Source of the DNA: Diadema antillarum
Lineage: Eukaryota
Assembly (NCBI RefSeq): GCF_040938485.1
Contig: NW_027272185.1
Span: 434,001 to 498,000 of the forward strand
DNA length: 64,000 bases
Reading direction: 5' to 3'
Shown: in pieces, positions 11,464 to 23,237 of the stretch
Layout: the number at the start of each line of letters is the position of its first letter
Position numbering within the stretch: position 1 is the first letter of the stretch
Program-made: the position numbers and the translations under genes
The notes under the pieces: generated by a model
What the model saw: the letters and a program-made list of their open reading frames with translations, nothing else
Databases searched by the model: none
What the model was told of the DNA's origin: nothing

Positions 11464-12760
11464 CTAGTTGTTGATAGTCACGTTACATCCGTGGAAGTGG
11501 AAAACGTTTCCACCGCTCTCCGAACGAACGTGACCGGTGTTCCTCCTGACCGTGATTGACGATCTCGACTGTGTACTAATAGTTTGGTTTTGGGTTAGAA
11601 CGCTGTTATCCTGCCGGATATCGCACTCATACTCGTCGCCCAGCTCCTGGTTCTTATTGTCCTTGTTGACATCCGAGTATACGCAAGTGGCCAACGATTC
11701 AGACATTTTTTCAGTTTCGTTTGGCTTGTTTTGGAATAGTGCTTCAGCGAATCTGCCGATTTGTGCCCGCTGACACTCTGGATATCGCGAGCCTCGTATC
11801 CACAGGCATCGAGAGTTGTGATGCTGGTTGCCCTTAGACAGTGATTGGTGTACGTTTGCTTGCATCCGGCCTTTTGTGACAGATTTTTCAGTTTGTTGCC
11901 AGTCGTGTTAATGCCTAATGGGGCATTGTCGAACCATGGGGTATCTTGTGCCAGCTCCTTCTTCGAAACATCTTTTGGCCTTTGCCACATCCAAGGGTTT
12001 TTGGGGTTCAACTTCGCTACATATTTCTCAAACGTGGCTACCGGACACCTGAAGTTTCACCCAGTTCAGGCATTTCAAACATCAAGCCAGCATCGGCTTC
12101 TCGGATGACATTTTCGCGGTTTTTTGTTAGAAAGTCTCTCATTTGCACGTATTTCCGTCCGGAATCATCTGCTTTGATGGTAAAGTCTTCAGCTTTCATC
12201 CCACGAATGTTCTCCCGTCCTCGATTACAGTAAAAGGTGAGAACGTCCAAGAAAACCTTATCCTGCAGGCCTCTGGGGGTGGAGAGGTCTAGTGACTCTT
12301 GTATCTTGCTCATGTCGTCTGACGAAATCACGGGTTTGTGTACAACGGATCCTTTACCTTCTTTCTTTGCCTTCACTTTCATCGCTTTGAAAACGCGGTT
12401 TGCTCGAGGAAACTTGCTGCTATCACCAATATCTATTCCATAGTTCTCAACAAAGTATCTCTGAACACCGAACCTAATGTTTTGTAGCGACCTTGTTTTG
12501 TATGATTCTCCATTGTCCTTCCTTATTCCAGAGTAGAATTTGGTCAAAAACTTGTCCAAATCTGTGGTATCCTTGGCGATTTCTTCCAAATCAGTTCCAG
12601 TGAATTTGACAAAGTCCATGAGTTTACTTTTAGCAAATTTCAATACCTTCTTTGTCCCTTTGCTGTCCATGTCATTTAACAGTCGGTCAATCTCTTCATC
12701 TGTCATAACTTGGAAGGAGATGGAAAAGTCCTCCTCCTTTGTTTGATTCACAGACGCCAT
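11464..12760 (-). pseudogene. Tyrosine recombinase (Crypton/DUF3504, KCTD1-ZMYM-QRICH1-like domain), two single-base frameshifts; about 432 aa when repaired
   Basis: Three ORF pieces join up: ...CNRGREN...TKNRE...GLMFEMP, then RCPVATFEKYVAKLNPK...NHCLRAT...SGHKSADSLKHYS, then KMSESLA...FHFHGCNVTINN. The R-K-HxxR-H-Y catalytic set is present. Frameshifts lie at about 12050-12060 and in the T6 run at 11706-11711. Confidence 0.88.
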
Positions 12761-13490
12761 ATCTAAAGGTTTCCGAATGAGTTGTGATTTCAAAACAGAG
12801 TGGACGCACAAAACAAGGCTGGCTACAGCGACGAAACTTAAGCCAATCAGTAATCTAGATCGTCGATCGTGAGATAGACTAGATCAAAGTCAGTAAAAAC
12901 GAGGAGCCATAAAAAAATCTTATTCCAGCAGGAGTTAATTTTTGATAGCACAAGTTTTAAATCCTATAAAATAACATGAGTGGTGGCCTTGAAACTATCT
13001 GGGTAAATGAAGAAATGTTATTCTTACTGAGTTTCCGCTGAAAAATCGTCGGTACGTCCCTGGCGATCGATGAATTTGTGTCATAAATTCAATTTCTTTT
13101 TCAACATGATCTGGTGGATCAGGACGATTTGAGTGTTGTGCCTGTGTACGGCAGACTGTCGTGGACCGGACACGAGTCAATTTTCGGTTAAACACAACAT
13201 TGAGTCTCTTTTTATATTACTAGTGCATGACTGAAATTAGTGTATGAAAAGTTCATTTTTCATTTTACGTGACCTCATTGAGCATAAGCTGGTACAAATC
13301 GAAATCTTGACTTTTGAGACACTGCGCATGCGCCAAAACCTTGAATTAGACAATTTGGGTGCGCGAAAATCCCACGGGCGTGCAGGGATAGAAACTTTTT
13401 CGCGAATGATCATGTGGTACGCTTTGACCAATCAGCAAGCTGGAAATTACTTAGCCATCTTATGATAGATCCTTTCATCATGGATGAACG

Positions 13491-14618
13491 CTACCTTGCC
13501 GTCTGCTCAAAGCTTGCTAGCTGCATGCATACTACACGTACGACTGTGTCCTCCCGTCTTGCGCGTTTGCGATAGAATGCTTTCTTCAGCGCCCGACGGT
13601 AACGGGCATTGGTGGCGCCGTAAATGTAGGGGTTGTTTGCAGAATTTATGTACATGAGAGTCTGAACGATGGGGAAAAAAGGATTGGCTTTGCGGCTGAA
13701 AGCGAAGTAAGTATCGTCACCGATCATCCCAGCAACCACGAGGGCGAGAATTACCACGTGGTATGGGAAGTACAGGAGGAAAAATAAAACACCTGTGATG
13801 ACGAGCATTCGTGTCACGGCGTTTCGCTCCTTGGTATAGCGATAGCGATCTGTGTGGAGGGCCGCTTCGGTCTTGATGCGAGCCGTCAGGCTCCGGATGA
13901 TGAGTGCGTAGAGGATCGAGTTGACGATCAGGGCAAGGAAAAACGGAATCAACTGGAGTGCATTAGCAATATCCACCCACGTGAGCGAAACGGCTTGACA
14001 TATGCCAAACAAAGTCGGAAAATCTTCGTAGGCAGGCTCGTCGGGGTATACTAGGCAGAAAAACATCACTTCGAAGTTTCCTGGAATGAGCAAAGCCGCG
14101 AACACACAGCTTAGGAGCCAGGTAGCGAAAACAACTCTCCTTGTTCTACCCCAGGTTGCGATCCGTCGATGCCAGAACGGTTTGCAAATCGCATAATACC
14201 GCTCGATCGTCACCGCAGTAATAAGCAGGACTGAGGCGTTGCATGCGAAGTCGACGACGAAGGAGATCGTTGAACACCCAGAACCTGTAGGCGTAGGATC
14301 GTTTCTCAGCGGCGATGAGTGAAAACGCCAGAGCTTCTCGCCTACACCGACTGTCAGGTAGATCAAGTCCGCCACAGCGAGGTTGACAAGGTAAAAGTTT
14401 GTGATTGTCCGTATGGACGGGACACGCGCCACGACGATAAGAAAGAGAATGTTACCGAAAAGGCCGACGGCCAGCACGCAAGGGAGCACGTAGCCTTTGA
14501 TGACCACTTCCACCTCATCCGGAAGGAGACTTTCGGCTTCCTCTTTCGATAGATTCACCATCATGTGTCCGTCTGCCAAACAGAGTTCATCGAGCTCTTG
14601 TGCCGTAGAGTACTCCAT
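13491..14618 (-). CDS. Class A (rhodopsin-like) GPCR, peptide-receptor-like, paralog A (375 aa)
   Basis: Seven hydrophobic segments with GLFGN (TM1), NLAVADL (TM2), ERY (TM3), W in TM4 and NPYIY (TM7). The CDS is intronless, with a likely splice acceptor (tttctcatcag) 8 nt upstream of the ATG. Confidence 0.95.
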   Translation of the reverse strand: MEYSTAQELDELCLADGHMMVNLSKEEAESLLPDEVEVVIKGYVLPCVLAVGLFGNILFLIVVARVPSIRTITNFYLVNLAVADLIYLTVGVGEKLWRFHSSPLRNDPTPTGSGCSTISFVVDFACNASVLLITAVTIERYYAICKPFWHRRIATWGRTRRVVFATWLLSCVFAALLIPGNFEVMFFCLVYPDEPAYEDFPTLFGICQAVSLTWVDIANALQLIPFFLALIVNSILYALIIRSLTARIKTEAALHTDRYRYTKERNAVTRMLVITGVLFFLLYFPYHVVILALVVAGMIGDDTYFAFSRKANPFFPIVQTLMYINSANNPYIYGATNARYRRALKKAFYRKRARREDTVVRVVCMQLASFEQTAR

Positions 14619-15180
14619 GATGGCAACTGATGAGAAACGCCGTTTTTACGTCAGCTATCAAAACAATGCAGGAAACCTTAGTGGTACCCCTTCAAAAATA
14701 CAAAGAGCAGCATATTACTGTAATCTGTGGAATCTCCTGACGTAACACACACGTGCATGAAAACTATCGGTTTCTTGTGTCTTTCAAGAAGCTAGAGTAA
14801 AAATGCAGATTGACGGAAAGTATGAAACAGAGCTTAGTCATGGACGCACAATTCATTTTCTCAAAAACTCATTCTTAATCTAGCTCAGCTGGGTGGTACA
14901 CTATCTACATAAACATTCAGCAAGCAAGGCAGATAATTACGCGATGCTGGCGTCATCGTTCTAATGTCCAATTACTGCACATCTCAGTCTGATTCGTTGT
15001 GTAGTTGATTTCGACCGCCAAAAGTTTTGACCGCCAAAAGTGATTCGATCCTATGCCGGAGCAGCGAGACCAATGGGGGTAGCAACGTTCTGCTCACGAA
15101 TACGCAGCCAAGTGGGGGTATTTTGAGCTGGACTTGAGATTAAAGAAGTCGCTATGACAGCAGTTGACATCGATCTACGA

Positions 15181-15188
15181 TGACGTCA
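15181..15188. promoter_or_regulatory. CRE-like TGACGTCA upstream of GPCR A (conserved at 27708-27715)
   Basis: A perfect palindromic CRE about 560 bp 5' of the ATG, kept in both copies. Function is not shown. Confidence 0.3.
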
Positions 15189-16770
15189 CGGTGAGGGAAG
15201 CTATTGATGCAGCGAAGACCCGTCACCGCATTTCAGCAAGTTTGACAATGTCACTTCGTGGCGCGATGAATAGCAAACAGAGAAATAGGTTAATTGAGAA
15301 ACGGAAACTATTGAAACATTCAACTCGGAGAGATATAACAATAATTTCCTGTTATGCTGTTTGATCATGTAGGTCGATGTACCGGCCTCTCTCGAACTGG
15401 CCTATTTATACATTCGCCGAACACACACGCGCAAGTAAATTGTACCAATTTACACAACTGCTCGCACACGCGCACGCGCGAACACGCAGAAGGTCCTCTT
15501 TAATATTCTCTCGGTGTTTTTTTTTTAAGGAAAAACAAGAAACTTATATTGGCGGGAACGCGACTACACTCGACAAATTTAACACCCATGCTTCTAGTAA
15601 AGTGAATTGATCGAATACTGGACAGTAGCGGAAACGACACTATATATGAGGTCAATTAGAGAGAAGAAATATAATCTGACAAGGAGGAACTCTGCTTAGG
15701 TACATTGTTGAGTGCTAAATGGCGACTGCATGTCAAACTTCTTCTGCCCCCATACTCGCAAAACGATCGCCACACAAGTTTGAAGTTCTCAGTAAAAGCA
15801 GCATAGTCTGTTTAAAAGTAAGTTGTCTCTACTCGTTATTACACATACGGTGAAACTAAAAATAGGGGAGAAAACCTGATTGATGATATGCCACTAAGTT
15901 TATTGAAATACATTGAAATGCATCGATTTAGTGGCAGTGCTGATACTGAGAAAATTCTGCTAAGCGAAGATCATTTTGTCTATAATAATACAGCAACATA
16001 TTATGAATATACCTGTACCTATGTATGTGTGTATAATGTATATGAAATAGTATTAGTTTTCTTCTATTCAAGTTCATCAGTCTTTTTGATGAAACATATT
16101 ATGATATGGTTTAATCTCTACAACGTTTCAAAAGATCAAAGTAGAGCAAGATCTGAGTGATGGAAGTTTCTTCTCTCTCTCTCTCTCTCTCTTTCTCCTT
16201 CTCCCACTGTATACGGAAAACGGAGGTGTGTTGTTACTATGCACATATCTTGCCCGATGTGGGCAAAGCTATCAGTTACATCCATTAAAGGATGTTTACC
16301 TACGGTTTTCACTCAGCATTTTAGTAATATGACATTTTAGAAGAGGTTGAACGAACCTTAGCGCTTGAAATGAAAAGCAGGGTTTGGACACAATGGCGGT
16401 GACTTGTGTAAATCAATCCACAGGATGTATGGTTAGATATTTTCTTCATGATAAATAAAAACTGATACTTATGATAAAAGGTCTATCCTGAGGTGGTAAT
16501 ATAAGATTACACCACCTTTTCAAATTAATGTAAAAAGCCTGGATGAAAATATTAACCGCTGATTAAAGTAGAGTGTATCATTACATTTACCCCGCTATTA
16601 GCCTGTGATCTGCCATTCATTTTGATTTCATTTAATTATACTTCGTCCAATTTTATTTACTTGTCAAAATAGTCTGTTTTCTCATTTCTTCCTGTGCCTA
16701 TAAGATCGCTGTACCTTTTGAACTCCCTCTGCTTCCTCTCTCAAATCCATTATCATGGTCGTTTTATGTG

Positions 16771-17125
16771 CATGTCCTGCTGCAAAGAACACAGTGTTTC
16801 ACAGTGTGATGAACACAGCGTTTCACAGTGTGATAACCACAGTGTGAACAAAGTGTTAACACAGTATGAACACATTGTGAACACGTACACTGTGACATCT
16901 CCTCACATTGTTAAATTAGAGGGTCTTGACAGTGTGAACACAATGTGAGTCGTTAATTCACAGTGTGAAACAAAGCATTAGTATGTGAACACTCTGTGAA
17001 AACCACACCACAGTGTGAAATCATCTTCACACTGTTGAATTCGAGCATTTTCACAAAGTCGACTACATGAACACACTGTGAACACACTGTGAACTCAATG
17101 TGGGACACTGTGTTCTTTCCGCATG
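16771..17125. mobile_element. MITE-like element with internal CACAGTGTGAA repeats
   Basis: IR AAAGAACACAGTGT (16784-16797) / ACACTGTGTTCTTT (17105-17118). The paralog is at 29313-29633. Confidence 0.6.
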
Positions 17126-17940
17126 TTTCTGTCATATTAATAAGTATTATGACGGAGGGAGCGAAGACCTATTCTACATTATATATATAGTCGTTTTTCT
17201 CTCTCTCAAGCAATTTCGCATTTGTTCATGAATGATTTGTTCAGCTTAAATCGGAATAGTTGTGCAGTCCTGATTTAAACAATATTATGTTTCTCATCAT
17301 CACCTGTAGAGTTTTGTCCTATTGACACAGTAATGAACAATTTTCGAAGTGATTCGTTTTTCCTTTTTTTACAATGGTAACTCTAGTGGCTATTCATGGA
17401 CATGATTGTTTTTTTAACATTATGGCCTTTATAAGGACAAAATAAGTAATTTCGTAGCAACATATGTACATGCACGTTTTGACAATGCATATAAAGGAGA
17501 AACGATCCTTTGGCGAATATTTCGGTGTCTGTGTGGATAATGACGATTCCCTCATAGGCCCTTTTAATGGTGCATCTCTGCGTTCAATTAGTTGATTGAT
17601 TTTGCAATGGATTGACGCTCAAGTTGGAAATCTCCTTCGTAATATAAATGGGACGAGCAAACCTCTTGTCTGTTCGTGGAATTATCTATGTTAGAGCAAA
17701 GGATGCGTGAAAAGATGTGGTCTATAGCAACGGCGTAAATCCGTACTGAGGAGTGGGGGGGGGGGGGGGGGAGATGATCGGATAGTCAACATCACCACGA
17801 TTACAAGCCCATAAGCGGACCGGCGCAGCCTTGGGGGGGGGGGGGGGGGGCTTGGTAAAGCTTGGTGCCCCCCCCCCCCACACACACACTTTTTTTTAGT
17901 AAGAAGACTTATTTTTTTGAAATACCCGTGCGAGGAGCGG

Positions 17941-18515
17941 TGCATGTTTTTGCGCGTTTTGTCGACTTGAAACAGTCCCACTTGTTTAAGGTAGCAATAT
18001 ATTTTGATGTCGATTATTATTAAACAATTTGGCTATAAAAGGGTATCATAAACTTCTTGCATTAATTCTTACACTGATTATCATGAACGCGATTTAACCC
18101 AAGCGAGGGAGGGGGGGGGATGAGGGTGAGGGTGAGGATGCTGGACGGGGATGTTCCCCTCCTATATACCGGTGAGAACTGTTTGCATTGTGATGTTGTA
18201 AATGGTTGGGGGGGGGGGGGGGGGCGAGGGTGTGGGAGGGGTTGTTCCCGCTCCCACGGTGAGAACTTTTTGCATTTTAATGTTGTAAATGGTGCAATTT
18301 GATGCATGTTTTTGCGCGTTTTGTCGACTTGAAACGGTCCAAATTGTTTAAGGTAGCAATATATTCAAATGTCGATTATTATTAAACAATCTAGCTATAA
18401 AATTGCATCATAAATAAACTTCTTGTATTGATTCTTACACTGAATATCATGAACGCGACCTAACCCGAGCGAGGGAGGAGGGTGAGGGTGAGGGTGCCGG
18501 ACGGGGATGTTCCCC
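17941..18515 (+). repeat. Two diverged copies of a ~363-bp G-run-rich unit
   Basis: tgcatgtttttgcgcgttttgtcgacttgaaac occurs at 17941 and 18304, and each copy is followed by similar blocks. Confidence 0.8.
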
Positions 18516-18517
18516 CT

Positions 18518-19135
18518 GCAACTGCTGGCAATTACTGGCGGCAACATCAGGAGAATGGCATAACGATTAGATGCGAGCGAGCTTTAAAATTTTGACAGTT
18601 TGCAGTCCCAAAACTGCCATTTGTAGCTATATTTCTTCGCTTTGGAAATAAAGGGGGAGGGCGCACCGGGCGCAACTGCTGACAATTACTGGCAGCAACA
18701 TCAGAAGAATGGCATAACGAATAGATGCGAGCGAGCGGAGCGAGCGAGCTTGAAAATTGTGACATTTTACAGTCCCAAAATTGCCGTTTGTAGCTATATT
18801 TTTTCGCTTTGGAAAGTAAGAGGGGTCGCACCTGGCGCAACTGCTGGCAATTACTGGCAGCAACATCAGGAGAATGGCATAACGATTAGATGCGAGCGAG
18901 CGGAGCGAGCTTGAAAACTTTGACATTTTACAGTCCCCAAACTGCCGTTTGTAGCTATATTTTTCGCTTTATAAATAAAGGGGGCGCACCGGGCGCAACT
19001 GCTGACAATTACTGGCAGCAACATCAGGAAAATGGCATAGCGATTAGATGCGATCGAGCGAGCTTGAAAATTTTGACATTTTACAGTCCAAAAACTGCCG
19101 TTTGTAGCTATACTTTTTCGCTTTGGAAATTAAGA
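18518..19135 (+). repeat. Tandem array of four ~160-bp units
   Basis: gcaactgctg.caattactggc starts at 18518, 18672, 18837 and 18995 (periods 154, 165, 158). Confidence 0.9.
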
Positions 19136-20469
19136 GGGGGGGGGGTAGTCAAGGGTGTCGGTTTATGATTGTCATGTTTATGATTATGTCATGTTTATGT
19201 TCATGATTAGGGGAGGTATGACCTGAAACTGCAACTGGAAGTAGTAAATAAAATTAAGGCAGCCAATGTATTTATCGACATACATAAATACACATAAAAA
19301 CAGGTGCTGTTGATAATTCAAAAGTACAATTGTATACCCAATTAACTTAACAATACTTTAACACCCGTTGTTCAGAAAACATTCATTCTTGAATTCATTC
19401 TTCATTTTAATTCATTTAAATAGAGTTCCTTTTTTGGTACTTTTCAAGCCACAAGCATCAATATGGCATTATCTACAAGGAGAGGATGCAACCAAATGAC
19501 GGGTAAAATTATGTCACCATTCTTCATGAAATGCTTTTGGTAAGATTTGGCGCAAATTCAAGCAAAATCTCTGGGGTCGGGTTAACAATTGTCTGAAAAT
19601 AGGTTGATTTGATGTGGATTAACCCTAATTGATTGATTTTAATCAATACCTTGATATGTTTGAAGAAAAATCCCTACTTCTTAAATTCCCGCAGCAGTGC
19701 TTGAATACTGCCATATATTTTGCTGGGGTTTTTTATTACAAATTTCGCAAGTCGCGATGCATGAATGCCACTTCTGCAAAAAATCATGTACGCAAAAAAA
19801 TAGTGTTTACAGTATGGTTTCTTTCATAAGAGAGAAATCATACAAGTTTGCATGTTATTGTAGGCGTCATAAGGGTACATCCTTCAGAGCACATATTTAG
19901 CAGATATTTTTGAAATCTTGATTCTGTATGGATACGGAGGCCACACATAAATTTTCTTTACAAAATTCACAGCTTCAGATTGTGCATATTTCTTTCGGTT
20001 CTGAATTAATTTTTCTCAAATACTGTAAGCGCTGAAAGCAATCAGAATTCAATAAAAAGCATACATGCTGATAGTTCTCTTTGCTTGAAATTGCCAAATT
20101 TATTTAATTGTTATTCTAGAGTGCCCTCTATTCAACTATTGATCTTCCCCTTTAAAACAAAGCATGTTTTCCATCTGCATTAGGGAAGTTCAGACTATAG
20201 CTACATTAAGAACAATTGACGGTTGACCCAGCATTCAAGAATGATGTGATAAAGTCACCGCCATCTTCGCAACAAAGAGTGATGATGTGAGCTGTCAATT
20301 AACAGAGTAGGTCATGGATCATGATAATGGCTTCAGAGTTGTGCATTCATGTATGCATATGATCTTGTTGACATTTTAATTACCGGTATGTTTTTTTAAT
20401 TTTTTCAGCCTAAATTGTGTTTAGGCGCAGCCAACCAGGAACAGCATGACAGATAAGAGCCTAACTGTG

Positions 20470-20753
20470 CAGAAACTCCAACTCTCCCGCTTTCGACGGG
20501 AGATCTCTCGCTGACAGCCCATTTTTTCAAAATCTCCTGTTCTTCCGCTTGAAATGATTTCCTACTTAGTGGCAGCGTATGTTGAAATATAAGCCTTAGA
20601 TAGCATGACATAACATCTGGAACCCTCGAACTGGACCCCAGCCACAAGGAACTCCGCGCTTCGCGCACATCAAGTTGGAGTCTCCCGTTTGCCAGGGTTT
20701 CAGGCGGGAGAATCTCCAGATCAGAAGGTGCATGCTTGGGGTTGGAGTCTCTG
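20470..20753. mobile_element. 284-bp MITE with CAG termini and 6-bp TSD (hAT-like)
   Basis: TIR CAGAAACTCCAAC (20470-20482) / GTTGGAGTCTCTG (20741-20753), one mismatch. TSD ACTGTG at 20464-20469 and 20754-20759. Confidence 0.7.
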
Positions 20754-22290
20754 ACTGTGATACATTGTATGTTCATTAGCGTGTAGCTACAAGTAATGGT
20801 TATTCATGACTAAGTCATAAGTTGGCTGTCTCTCAATGTAATTCAGGTTGTTGACATTTTGCTCGCATATGCTCCAATGGCAATATAGTTGGAGGAGCCA
20901 GCCAGGATCTTGTGCACAGCCAAGCCGAAGCGAGACTGAATGTAACCTCAGCACATTTACGGTTTGCCCGAGATCGGCGCTATTCGGGCGCTGGAAACAT
21001 AGCATTTGCATCTAAGCATTGATATGATCGGATAGCATGGGCGTCAATGGGTAACAACATGCAATATTTGCCAGTACACAACTTTCAAACAACACCCTCT
21101 TGAATGCCGTGTCTGAGTCCCTTTAATGACAGGTTTTTCATAATACAGTAGTAGATTCTACATGAGACTTGACTTGTGGATGCAGTGTCTGTCACACGGT
21201 GTAGATCTTGGGTAGATCTGAACTAACTTAATAGGTGGCCGCTCACTGAAGTGCCTTAAATAGCCTTTTACCCTTGTATACAGTACTACTAAAGTATAGT
21301 CATAAGCCCAAATATATCAATATCACTAGACTAACGTGCCCAAAACATCCACTGCATGCTAGTTTTGAAATATATGGAAACTTACCACATGAAATAAACT
21401 TACACCAGATTGTGAAGTGAATGTTGCTGATTAAGATGATTAAACTGCCTATACAAGTTTTTTTTTTCTCTTTTTCAGAAATAATGCCATGCATATATCA
21501 TGTCATTTCAGTCACCTTTCAACATATTTAAGTATTGTTTGCATTAAATCTTGACCGTCACTATTTCAACTCCAGTATTTTTAGTAAAGCGCCAATAGTT
21601 GTGGTGCAATGAGTTTTGCCCAAACCAACCCCTCTTGCACTCTAGCAAAACTGAAGTTTTTTTTTTAATGCAAATTATAGAAAATAACATCAACTAATAA
21701 CAGATTGTGGAATGATTGGCACAGATTCAAAACAATCTAGTATACAATCTATTTTCAGAAATATTGCTATGCATATCGCATCACCTAACTTCTGTACTTT
21801 CAAAAGTGCTCGGCATAGAATTCCCAATCCTCGATCACTATTCAATATTTTCACTGGAAAACTAAAAGCATTGTAAACAAAGTTACAAACCTAATAAAAA
21901 GGCTCTAAGTAGTAAAAGGGGTAATTGAAATTGCACTAAAGGTTCTATGGAAAAACTATGGCATTCAAAAGGGCGTTGTTTGATAGTTGTGTACTGGCAG
22001 AGAGTGCATGTTACCTACAAAATTGTATCAGTGACACAAATGTCATGCGAACACATCACCACTTTTATACGCAAATACCATGTTCCGGGCACCGGAATAC
22101 AATTGTAAATGGTTCTCAGGGTACATTGTAAATGTGCCGAGGTTACATCAATCTCGCGTCAGCACAGCAGCCGATCTTGGCTGGCTCTGCCCACTTCACC
22201 CAAGTGTAATGTCAACAAATCTTATTACGTTGAAACACAGTTAGCTCGTGAATTATCATTAGCTAATGAACACAGACAACATATAATAAT

Positions 22291-22813
22291 TCAATTCAAT
22301 AGTTTATTTATTTCCATCATCACAAAGAAAAGAAAAGAAAAAGTTGACATAATCCAAAGTGATACAATTCTTTTTTTCAATTTCTCTTACACTCGTCCGA
22401 TAGAGGATTTTTCAATACAATATAAAGTATATTATACACGAATGATGTCGTAAAAAAGAAACAATGCACTTTGTCATGGCAACAAAAAGAGTAAATAATC
22501 ACAATGATGGAAAACAGTGTTCCACTAAAAAAGCCACGCTTGTAAAACGTGGAACACTGGAACAAAACAACAACAGCACCAATTTGATTATACCAATAAG
22601 ACATATTCATTTTAAATTCTTCTATACACTATTGTACATTTTACTCATTAATATAATGATGTTGATACTATGAACAATACTTACTGGGATTTTAGGATGC
22701 AAACGTATAAACTATATAACATATCACATTTGTGGCACAGACACTATGGGGCCAGGTGTGCCAGGAAAATTGAATGGAAAGGAAGATATGCAATCGGCCA
22801 CAAAATACATAAT
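22291..22813 (-). mobile_element. Copy-B-specific insertion resembling the 3' end of a non-LTR retrotransposon
   Basis: Absent in copy A (about 1470). A 5-bp direct repeat ATAAT lies at 22286-22290 and 22809-22813. On the minus strand, AATAAA is followed by a (TTGAA)n-like tail, and there is an 11-bp stem at 22515-22525/22549-22559. No clear ORF. Confidence 0.45.
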
Positions 22814-22917
22814 GGAGTGACATGGCTGGCCCCGCCTACTGTATTCAAAGAAAACATGATTGAAATGTAAAGAAGAACATGTTGCACATGGGCAACCGCA
22901 AACCCCTGATCATGATC

Positions 22918-23237
22918 GGGGGGGGGGGGGGCGTTCTCAAGTAGTAAGGTGAACGCGCAGGGATGTGCGGTGCAAATGGGTAAATCTTTCGCGACAATCC
23001 CTAAACATGGTTCGGGTTTGGACTTCAAAATCCTTAAACCTGCGCCTCTTTTTACTCAAATCTTTAAAAATGCCCCCACTTTTACTAAAAATGGGTCACA
23101 TTTCACACACAAAAAAAAAATCCTTAATAATGGGTATGGTTTCTGGCTAAATAACACTTAAACATGGGTGGGTTTGGAGGCTTCGGCCGCACCCCCCCCC
23201 CCCTCCCGTCATAACGCAATCTAAGCACCCCCCTCCC
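22918..23237. mobile_element. Paralogous poly-G/poly-C MITE in copy B
   Basis: Flanked by the palindromic 10-mer GATCATGATC at 22908-22917 and 23238-23247. Confidence 0.65.

Larger units (their letters stand above)
10991..13468 (-). mobile_element. Crypton-like tyrosine-recombinase DNA element with terminal hairpin and internal complementary region
   Basis: Absent from copy B, which has a single ATAG at 25961-25964. Bounded by a 4-bp direct repeat ATAG (10991-10994, 13465-13468), with no conventional TIR pair. Encodes a DUF3504-type YR, has a 178-bp hairpin at 10993-11170, and a 21-bp IR between 11174-11194 and 13443-13463. Confidence 0.88.
1..17725 (+). repeat. Tandem segmental duplication, copy A (begins before the window)
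   Basis: Position 1 (gtaatggttattcatgactaagtc) matches 20793 onward. Colinear similarity continues to gatgtggtctat at 17725/31045 once the copy-specific insertions are removed (about 8.2 kb versus 8.3 kb of shared sequence). Confidence 0.95.

Noticed and set aside
10981-13464. DIRS retrotransposon assignment for the YR element
   Set aside because: It has an ICR-like segment but no gag, RT or RNase H remnants within 2.5 kb, and the YR is of the DUF3504/Crypton type.
18547-19168. ORFs over the 160-bp array; possible CRISPR-like array
   Set aside because: The units are near-identical along their whole length with no unique spacers, in a eukaryotic context. The ORFs are repeat artefacts.
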